A stretch of DNA of 62,868 nucleotides, the filler included, from Chrysochromulina tobinii (taxonomy: Eukaryota): assembly GCA_001275005.1 (NCBI GenBank). It is 9 parts of 9 records of this genome, joined end to end, with 100 filler letters (N's around TTAATTAATTAA, not from the genome) between each part and the next. Parts side by side here need not be neighbours in the genome. Positions count along the whole stretch, not along the records: positions 1 to 14,380 come from JWZX01000460.1; 8 more parts are not named here. One strand, given 5' to 3'. Position numbers and translations under genes: made by a program. Shown here piece after piece: positions 1 to 9,158 of this stretch. The notes beneath the pieces are model-generated. The model did not search any database. It worked only from the letters and a program-made list of their open reading frames with translations, and was not told the DNA's origin. Position 1 is the stretch's first letter; each line of letters begins with the position of its first letter.

Positions 1-705
1 CGGAAGTGGCGGCGGCGGCTCCGGCGGCGGCAGCAGCACAGGCTCGCCAAGAGTGCTAACCTCGCCGTCGTCGCCTAGTCGCCATGCAACACACCACGTG
101 ACGTCGTCGTCGCCCAGCTCGGCGCCCGGCTCGGTGACCTCGGCCGGCAGCGTCGCCGCCGGCGCCGACGACGGCGGCTTCTGGCGGCCGCCGCCCGCAG
201 TAGTTGTGCGCTCCCCGCCAGCGTCCAGCTTCTTCCGTACCGGTGCGATGCCCAAGGTGTCGCCGACCAGCATGCTTCGCAAGGCCGGACTGGCCACCAT
301 CGCGGCCAGCAAGCTGGGCGCCAACGTGGCCGCGTCCACATGGCCGCTAGGGCACGTACGTGGTGGCCGATAGCGGCTAGGGCATACTTCCGTGTTCACA
401 CCTCCTAAAACACGTGTTCACACCTCGTGTAGCCACAGAGCCCGAGATGAGAGAGCCGGCACGACGGTGGTCCAGGTCCGCAGGTCGGCAGGTCGTCTGG
501 AGTTCAGACACGCCTCACACAGCATCACAGGTTTCGTCTTGCGAACCTTTTGGAGTGAAGACTCGACCATAAGAACAATTTCCAATTTGTCCTCAGAGGG
601 AGCTCCATGATTAATCGGTTCAAACATGTCCAATTTGTCCTCAGAGAGAGCTCCTCCAAACATGTCTAGTGTGAAGTTCACACGGCGCCGCCGCGGACTC
701 GAGCG

Positions 706-3245
706 ATGCTCTCCACCACCATATTTGCCCTCTCGATGACGGCTGGCGGCAGTGCATCGGAGCGAAAAGTCAACGCCTCCAGCAAGTCGCACCCGCACAT
801 CACCGGCTTGCGCTTCGTGCACGCCGACCCTGAGGGCACCCGCGGCCGCCGCCGACGCCTCTCGCCGACCGGCATAGGCATGCACGGCAATCTGCATACA
901 CTCGGCTACTTTTCTGCCGACGTGTGCGTGGGCACACCGCCGCACTCGTTCGACCTGATCGTCGACACGGGCTCGTCGCTCACGGCCATTCCGTGCAACG
1001 ACTGCTCCGCATGCGGCGAGCACACGCACTCAAACGGGCTGCGGCACAACCGCTTTGACCCCGGGATGTCGAGCACCAGCCAGGCGGTCCAGTGCAGCGA
1101 CCCGGCAGGCGCGTGCTCACACTGCGACGAGAGCCGCTCGTGCGTGTATTCGGTCTCATACACCGAGGGTTCCGCCATCCGCGGCCGCATGTACTACGAC
1201 AACTTTTTGTTCTCGGCGACGAGCGGCCTCAACCCCCGGCCTGTGAGAGCGGCGTTTGGATGCCAGAACTACGAGTCGGGGCTCTTCCGTAGCCAGGTCG
1301 CCGACGGCATCACGGGCTTCTCGCAGTCGGGAGGGTTCGGTGGTACCCTCTTCTCGTGGCTCGTGCGATCAGAGCAGGCGCCCAACGTCTTCTCGATTTG
1401 CCTGAGCGACGAGGTCGGCGCGATGGTACTCGGCGGAAGGGTACCCGATCCGCTCAAGCAGCGCGCACTGACGTGGATCCCCTTCGCAAGAACGGGCGCG
1501 TACGACATCACGGTCGAGGAGATGCGCATCGATGGCCACAGCCTCCCGGTCAACCGACAAGACTTCCGATCGACGATCGTGGACACGGGCACCACCTTCA
1601 TGTACCTACCGCCCTCTGCGTACACCCAGGTGCGCAACTACTTCCTAACCCAAGCCGAACCCTTACCCTTACCCTTACCCTAACCCTAATCCTGACCCTA
1701 ACCCTGACCCAGGTGCGCGACTACTTCCTCAGCCACTGCCCCTGGAGCGACGGCGTGAGCCCTACCGCGTGCGCGAGACGCGTGGCGCCCGGCGAGTATC
1801 CCGACGACTACTGCTACACGGCGAGCGGCGCCGAGGTAGCTCGGTTCAAGCCCTACTCCCTTCACTTTGCGGGCGGCGTGACGCTGGATATCGGGCCGCG
1901 CCAGTACATGTACGAGCTCCGCAGTGGCGTGTGGTGCATGGGCATCTTCAACAACGAGCACAACGGGCTCGTGATCGGCGCCGCCGTCATCCGAGATCAC
2001 GAGGTCGTCTTTGACGTAGAGACGCAGCGGCTCGCGTTCATCCCGTCGAGATGCCTCGAGCTTCAAAATGGCACGAGGTCGAGCGTGCTCGAGGGTGGGT
2101 TCGGCATCAACGGGTGCGGGTCCGCCCAGGAGATGCCGCCGCCGCCGCCCACTCCATCGCCGCCGCCGCCCAACTCCAGCCCGCCGTACCCGCCACCTTC
2201 CCCACAGCGGCCAAGCCCCCCACTCACACCTCCAGGGGTGGAGACGCCACTGCCGCCGCCCATCCCGCCGCCCCGTCACCGCCCGCCGCTGACCACGCCG
2301 CTGACCACGCCGCCGCCCATGCTGCCGCCGGGCGCCACCTTGTGCACCGAGGTCAACCGCGGCGCGCGCTGCGAGCTCGATTGCAACGGCATCGGTACCT
2401 TCGACCTGTCTGGCTTCCGCCAGAACTACACGGTGGTCGACGACGCCAACCAGCGGCACTACTCCTTCGAGCCATGCGGCACAGACACCAGCCAGCTGCG
2501 GAGCCTGTGCCCATCGTCCTGGGTACCCAATCCGGTAGCCGTGGAGTCGTGGTGCCCGGGAGCCGCCAGTAGCAGCCCGGGGTGCTGCGCGGCTCTTGGC
2601 GACTTGAATAGCGTCGTGTGCACCGCGCAGGGCCCGGCCGGCATCTCATGCACGTTCTCCAACGGCGACGGTGGCCGCGCCGTGCAGTTCGACTACGTGT
2701 GCACGGCGATCTCCGCGTCAAACTCCGCGGCAGCTCACGTCGTCAATCCGCTGGAGCTCACGCCATCATTGGCGATTGAGCACGTGCACGACTCGGGTCT
2801 GCACTACCAGGTGACCCTGAGCGGACCTTCCGGATGCGCGGCAACCTCCCGACGAGATCGGGAGTCTTGGAACCCTTTCTCCTCCGGGTCCTCCTGGACG
2901 GGTTACCTCGACTTGATCAGTAACAGCACCACGTGGGAAGAGGCGTTCCAAAAGATTGAGCACCAGCTGGAGCGCGACCTACCCGCAGGTGAGTGCCACT
3001 GATTACCACTGATGACCTGCCTTGCATGCAAGTGCTCACTGGAGCGCGACTTACCCGCAGGGGCGATTGCCGCGATCGCGATCTTGTCGCCGCTCGTCGC
3101 GTGCTGCTTCTGCCTCCTCATCTGCATGTTGCGCTCCAGACTCTTGCGGCAGCGGAAGGAGTTTGAGGAGCGGATGAACCTGGTGCAGACGGCGAACAAG
3201 ACACTGTCCAGCTTCAACGCCAACGACGAGGATGACGGCTTGTGA
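706..3245 (+). CDS. A1 aspartic protease, plasmepsin V/ASP5-like, with Pro-rich linker, Cys-rich MRH-like domain and C-terminal TM helix; exons 706-1629, 1713-2988, 3061-3245
   Basis: Two catalytic DTG motifs (IVDTGSS at 964, IVDTGTT at 1582), PCxxCxxCGxH segment, FGC, GITG, IGAAVIRDHEVVFD. Two GT-AG introns join ORFs 706+, 1356+ and 3012+ in frame. Hydrophobic AIAAIAILSPLVACCFCLLICML near the C-terminus. Confidence 0.88.
1630..1712 (+). other. 83-nt phase-0 intron filled with telomere-like CCCTAA/CCCTTA/CCCTGA repeats
   Basis: CAG|GTGCGC...CCCAG|GTGCGC. Removal restores YTQ-VRDYF and avoids the TAA at 1681. Confidence 0.9.
2989..3060 (+). other. 72-nt phase-1 intron with CCACTGAT-type repeats
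   Basis: GCAG|GTGAGT...CCCGCAG|G. Removal avoids the stop at 3000-3002 and joins the TM exon. Confidence 0.85.
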
Positions 3246-3834
3246 GGCTAGATCTGAGCTGCGTTGGTGTGCGTCGGTGACGGGCTTTACTTGAACGTCT
3301 GAACGGTGTCCGTTATAAGGACTCGCTCGCGCGGTCTCGACTCGGAGGTGTGTCATGGCATGTATGGCGGTGGGGTCTGCGTGCGGAGTCTCGTCCCGTG
3401 GCGACGGCTCGTCCACCTCGACGAGGGCCGGGCGGCCGCCGTCCGCCTGCCCGGGGGCCCCGCGGCGCCGCGCACCGCACCGTCGTCAGTACACCTCTGT
3501 CGGTCATGTGTCTCCGCTCACCTCACGTGATCTGACCCGTGGGGCCTGAAAGGCTTAAAGGCCTCTGTGCCGAGCAGATTTTTGCGCAACTTGCGGAAGA
3601 GCGCGTGTCGCACTGCGCGCACACGCAGGGCGCAGGCCCCACCGCGCGGCGCGGCGAACCGCACGGCGGGAGCGGCATCGACAATACACCAATCGACAAT
3701 ACACCAACACGCGCACCAACGACGGGATTACCGGGGGACTCCACGTCCTCCGTATGACGTGTTAGTCTGTTCGGAACGCAGGAGGCGGCGCTCCCAGCAC
3801 TACTACAGTCTCGAGGCTCGCCACTAAAAAGTCA

Positions 3835-4419
3835 CTACGCGGCCTCGACGGCGGGGGGCGCATGCGCTGGTATCTTGAGGTGGCTCTGCACTCCGAGCGC
3901 CTGCGCGGAGCTTTCTTTACGCGCGGGTGCACTTCGGCGCGCTTCGACGCGTGCCCGGTGCTGTTCGAGCTTCATTTTCTCGCGTTCGAGAATGCGCTCC
4001 TCCATCATCTTCTGCTCACGCTGCATCTGGGTCTCCATCTGCTTCTGCTTCTGCTGCATCATCTGCTCTTGCCATACGCGCTGCGGATCGATGGTGTCGT
4101 CGCGAAGACCGAGGCCGTGCCACGCAGCTGGCCCCACCGCCGAGTCCTCAATGCGCATCACCTCGATGCCTTTACCGCCGAGTCCGGCGGTGCGCTCGGC
4201 GGAGCGCTGCTGACGGCGCGCGGCCAGGCGCTGAGCCATCGAGCCGCCTGCAAAGGAGTCGTCTCCATTCGGCGTGTCAGGTGGAGTGGATCCTTTTTTG
4301 CGGTCCATGCCATGCCGCTCGTCAAGCTTCCTCTGGATGTGCTCTGGCAGCACGGGCCGCGTCGGCCCGGTTGCCAAGCCCGGGTGCCCTGACGGTCCTC
4401 GACGCACTGCACTCGCCAT
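3835..4419 (-). CDS. hypothetical protein with Q/E/M-rich coiled coil
   Basis: ORF 3835-4467 with a likely ATG at MASAVRRG and natural-looking composition. No family recognised. Confidence 0.55.
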   Translation of the reverse strand: MASAVRRGPSGHPGLATGPTRPVLPEHIQRKLDERHGMDRKKGSTPPDTPNGDDSFAGGSMAQRLAARRQQRSAERTAGLGGKGIEVMRIEDSAVGPAAWHGLGLRDDTIDPQRVWQEQMMQQKQKQMETQMQREQKMMEERILEREKMKLEQHRARVEARRSAPARKESSAQALGVQSHLKIPAHAPPAVEAA

Positions 4420-4739
4420 GACCTCGCGGGAGGAGGACGGCGCGACGCTGAGGCTACTCGAGACCACCGGCAGGTCTCAGGAGCGCCCAAGAAGGAGCGT
4501 GCGGCGCACGCTGCGTCAGCCAAAGAGAGGGCGAGCGACGGTCGGCGAGGTGCTCGGGGTCCCTTCTTTTTTGGCCGAAGACGGGGAAGGAGCTCATTAC
4601 GGCGCGACTTATCGATCCGTCAGCTTTATAAATAAGGCGACCACGTCAGTCTTCAGTCTGAGAGTCACGAGTCATTAGTGGCACTGTGTCTGTGCGAGAG
4701 CCATTCTCCTTTTTAATCACACGCGCGCGGCGTGTGTAT

Positions 4740-5906
4740 CTAAGAGGCAGCAGCGGTGGCAGACGCGCGCTCCCTCGAATGCTTCCTGAAGAGGACGCAC
4801 AGGCAGAGCAGGCCGTAATTGCTGACGAGGGTGACGGCGTGCGTACGCCAGTGGTGCGTGTGCAAGAAGTGGGCGAGGAGCACGCACACGAGCGCGCTCT
4901 GCCCGTACACGATCGCCATGTGCACCCGGTCCGTGTTCTCGAGGTAGAAGCGCAGAAGCTCGGACTTGCCTAATTCGGGCTTGCCCTGATCGTGTGGGCA
5001 GTCGTCCGCCACCACGACGGCCCCTCCTCGCTTCGCGCCTCGCGCTGCCATACCCGCTGCCATACCCGCTGCTCCGCCACTGCCGCTGCCGCCACCGCTA
5101 GCGCGCTTGCCCGACGAGCTCGCGCCAGCTGCACGGCACGAGCTCGGTACGGCGCTCGCAGAGCCGCCTGACGTGATGGCCATGGCGGCGGCGGCGCTGC
5201 CGTCTGCATGGGCGGCCGAGGGCGTCGGCAGCTCGGCACCACCAGCTGAGCTCGCGTCGAGCCATCCCTCGAGCTGGAGCCGCTCGGGCGTGATCGAGCA
5301 CAGCAGCTCGAGCAGCTCGAGCACGAGGCAGTTGCAGAACGTGAGCAACGCGATCCGACAACTCTCGTGGTGCTCGTGTAGTATGAAATCGTTCCGCGCG
5401 AAGATGGAGGGCAGCGCGCCCACGTAAAAGGCAGCCTCGGCGCAGTCGAGTACGAGCGCGCGCACGTGCTCGGCAAAGTGAGCGCCCTGCCACGAGTTGC
5501 TGTCCAGCCCGGGGTCGTGCGCCACCGCAATCAACGGCGGAAGCAGCAGCACCATGTCGACGAGCGGCCGGCCCGAGAAAAATGCATGCCATAACATACT
5601 GATTCCTGCAATGGAATACAAGGCCGCGACAAGCCCGAGGAAGAGGGTGGTCCCCGCGCGCTTGGCCAGCGGTTGGAACTTCGCGTAACCCGCCACGAGG
5701 TAGCGGCGCGCGCAGCCCAAGACCTCGAGGAGCAGCAGCATGTACGAGTCTTGGCGCGGATGCGTGAACGTGTACAACATGTGGTGATGCAGCAAAAGGA
5801 GTTGCAGCGTGAAGGCGAATATGAGGAACGAGGTGCGGTGCCAAGTGAGCAGTGCCGGTGGGTGCGCCATCGCGTAATACTGTGGTCGGGTCATGTACTG
5901 GAGCAT
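4740..5906 (-). CDS. TMEM39-like multi-pass membrane protein
   Basis: Several TM helices. Segments AAFYVGALPSIF and LRFY...HW...LVSNYGLL resemble the TMEM39 family by eye. Start codon uncertain. Confidence 0.55.
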   Translation of the reverse strand: MLQYMTRPQYYAMAHPPALLTWHRTSFLIFAFTLQLLLLHHHMLYTFTHPRQDSYMLLLLEVLGCARRYLVAGYAKFQPLAKRAGTTLFLGLVAALYSIAGISMLWHAFFSGRPLVDMVLLLPPLIAVAHDPGLDSNSWQGAHFAEHVRALVLDCAEAAFYVGALPSIFARNDFILHEHHESCRIALLTFCNCLVLELLELLCSITPERLQLEGWLDASSAGGAELPTPSAAHADGSAAAAMAITSGGSASAVPSSCRAAGASSSGKRASGGGSGSGGAAGMAAGMAARGAKRGGAVVVADDCPHDQGKPELGKSELLRFYLENTDRVHMAIVYGQSALVCVLLAHFLHTHHWRTHAVTLVSNYGLLCLCVLFRKHSRERASATAAAS

Positions 5907-6112
5907 GCTCGGCGCCCGCCGCGCTCTGCACCGCGCTGCGCTGCGCTCCCAGTACGGGGTGGTTATCGGCCACGAAAGGTCACGAGCCACGTGGCAGCTC
6001 AATCGGCGTGTGAAAAGCGGGGCACACGGGTAACGACGTACGAGCTTTAAAGCAAACGTTTCGTTAGTCCGACACTTCGCGCTCGATTTTACAAACTTAA
6101 GTTACGGCTCTT

Positions 6113-6123
6113 TTTGGCGCGAA
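6113..6123 (+). promoter_or_regulatory. putative E2F-binding site upstream of MCM6
   Basis: TTTGGCGC(GAA) matches the TTTSSCGC consensus, ~20-28 nt before the MCM6 ATG. MCM genes are canonical E2F targets. Confidence 0.55.
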
Positions 6124-6140
6124 GACGCGGCGCGGCAACG

Positions 6141-8252
6141 ATGTCAATGCAGGGGATCGAGGCCGAGGTCACCAACCTGTTCGTGCAATTCATCAGCGAG
6201 TTTTCTAGCGACTCGGACGAGCAGCCGGCGTCGGCCTATGGCGAGGCACCGCCAAAGGACTACCTCGACCAGATCGAGTCGATGAAGACGAATGAACGCA
6301 CGACGCTCTACGTCGACTGGAGCCATCTGCAGCAGCACGACATCGACCTGGCTGACGCGATCAAAGAGCACTTTCACCACCTGGAGCCATACTTGCGGCA
6401 GTCGGTCAGCCGCGTGATGGCGTCGCTGCACGAGGGCTACGCACAGGATCGCGAATTCCACGTCTCCTTCTTCAACCTACCGCACTTGTGCGCAATCCGA
6501 GAGCTGCGCACGGACAAAATCGCCACGCTGATCAGCTTCACGGGCACGGTGACGCGCTCTTCGGACGTGCGGCCCGAGCTGCTACAAGGCATCTTCCAGT
6601 GCGAGCTTTGCTCGACGCTCTCCGATCCAGTCGCGCAGCAGTTCAAGTACACGCAGCCGATCAAGTGCAAGAACCCGACCTGCGTCAACCGCTCGGAGTG
6701 GCAGCTGCGCAACGACATGTCGAAATTCGTCGACTGGCAGCGTGTGCGCGTGCAGGAGAATGCGAGCGAGATGCCGCCCGGCTGCATGCCACGCACGCTC
6801 GACGTGATCCTGCGCGGCGAGATGGTCGAGCGCGCCAAGGCGGGCGACAAGTGCGTCTTCGCGGGCACCCTTGTCGTCATCCCCGACGTGGCGCAGCTGG
6901 CCGCGCCGGGCGAGCGCGTCGAAGTGGTGAACAAGGTGGACGCGCGCAACCCGACCGAGGGCGTGCACGGCCTCAAGTCCCTGGGAGTGCGCGAGCTGAC
7001 GTATCGCATGGCCTTCCTGGCGAGTTCAGTGCAGCCGGCGGAGGCTCGCCTGGGCTTGGTGTCCATCCGCGACGACCCCGACGACGCGAGCGCGCACTTT
7101 ACGCAGGCCGAGAAGGAGCTGATCTACCGCATGCGCAACGACAAGAACATCTACCACAAGCTCGCCGCCTCCATTTGCCCGACCGTGTACGGGCACGACG
7201 AGGTCAAGCGCGGAATCTTGCTCATGCTCTTTGGCGGCGTGCACAAGTCGGCACCGCGCGACAAGACCAAGCTCCGCGGCGACATCAACTGCTGCCTTGT
7301 TGGGGACCCGTCGACGGCCAAGTCGCAGTTCCTCAAGTTTGTGTGCTCGATGCTGCCGCGCGCCGTGTATGCCTCTGGCAAGTCCTCTTCGGCGGCCGGC
7401 TTGACGGCGACGGTGACGCGCGACGAAGAGACGGGCGAGTTTTGCATCGAGGCGGGCGCTCTCATGCTCTCCGACAACGGCATCTGCTGCATTGACGAGT
7501 TTGACAAGATGGAGCAGCGCGATCAGGTCGCGATCCATGAGGCGATGGAGCAGCAGACGATCTCGATCGCCAAGGCCGGGATCCAAGCGACGCTCAACGC
7601 TCGGGCATCCATCCTCGCCGCCGCCAATCCCGAAGGGGGCCGCTATGACCGCAAGAAGACGCTGCGACAGAACCTCAACCTGACCTCGGCCATCATGTCG
7701 CGCTTCGACCTGTTCTTCGTCGTGCTCGACGAGCTCGATGAGCGCAAGGACTACGCGATCGCAAAGCACATCGTCTCCATTCACCAGCACGGCACGCTCG
7801 TGGGCCACGGCGCGGAGCCCGAGTATTCGGTGACGCAGCTGCAGCAGTACATTCGGTACGCGCGGACGCTCAAGCCGCGCCTGTCGCCCGAGGCCGCGCG
7901 CAAGCTCGTCGAGTTCTATCGCGAGCTGCGCCAGCAGGGCGAGAGCGATGCCAACACGGGCTCGTACCGCGTCACTGTGCGCCAGCTTGAGGCGATGATT
8001 CGATTGGGCGAGGCGCGCGCGCGAGTGGACCTCGAGCCGGTGATCAGCGTGCGACACGTCGTCGAGGCGCGCAAGCTGCTCAAGGCGTCGATTGCGCGTG
8101 TCGAGCACGAGGATGTGGACGTCGACGAGGTGCTCGCCGACGACCAGTTCGACGACGAGCTCGCGCGGCAAGCGGACGAAGCTGAGAGGCGCGCTGCGGC
8201 CGAGAGCGGCGTTGCGGACGATGGGGACGCGGGCGATGGTGACGGCGACGAT

Positions 8253-8329
<77 letters not shown>

Positions 8330-8669
8330 GGCTGTCGATGGCGCGCGACGCGTGAAGACGATCCCCTATCCGAAGTACAAGAAGGTGGAGCGCTCGCTGT
8401 GCGTCTTCATTCGCTCGCGTGAGGAGGCTCTGGGCGCGGGCATTCAGCAGCGCGAACTAGTCGAGTGGTACCTCAGCCAGCAGGAGGAGATTATGTCGAT
8501 GGAGGAACTCGCCGCTGAGCGCCGTCTCGTGCGCCAGGTCATCCAACGGCTCCTCTCGACCGATAAGGTCCTCATGGAGGTGCAGACGCCTGAAGGCGTC
8601 GAGGTGCCTGAGGGCTTGCGGCAGCACGACGCGCGCTACCTGTCTGTACGGCCGCACATTGAGCTGTGA
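6141..8669 (+). CDS. MCM6: DNA replication licensing factor MCM6
   Basis: MCM zinc finger (CELC...CKNPTC), Walker A GDPSTAKSQFL, IDEFDKM, SRFD arginine finger, VTVRQLEAMIRL, C-terminal winged helix. Intronless, with a 25-Q tract. Confidence 0.95.
8253..8327 (+). repeat. (CAG)25 polyglutamine microsatellite in MCM6
   Basis: Uninterrupted CAG run of 75 nt. Confidence 0.95.
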
Positions 8670-9158
8670 GGCTGGCGGGGAGCGCGGGCGACCGCTCGGG
8701 CGCTGTGGCGGGCGCGTGGGCGCGGATGCGGCGCGGCTGGCCGGCGGCAGCGCGGCCGGTGGCTGCCGGCTGGGGGCGAGGCGATCTTGAGGCGAGCAGC
8801 TTGGCAACAGCTTGGCAGCGACGCGCGCACGGCGCGGCGCGGTGACAAGGATGTGATTGATGCGAGCTAAAAGGGGTCCTCGTCTACCTTTTTGATTGCA
8901 TGTGCATCGTTTATTTGAGTTTGCAGTTTCGTGCTGGCGTTTGGTTAAAAATCTCGATGGTCCATCGGCGATACAGTAACTAAGAATGACGAACCAAACG
9001 TCAAATCGAACGTTAGTTTGGCCGCGCACGGGGCCGTCCCGTCAAAACGGGGTACTAACCGTACACGCCGACATGCACGCGCGATTAGACGAGTGGTGGC
9101 AATTCGTACTACAAGGAGACGAAAAGGAGCTGCATCTTTTGACGGCCGCACCACGCCA

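Noticed and set aside
1..390. Partial minus-strand CDS at the window edge
   Set aside because: An open frame exists but has no clear start or recognisable domain.
1647..1710. Chromosome end (telomere)
   Set aside because: Short, degenerate and internal to an intron with coding exons on both sides.
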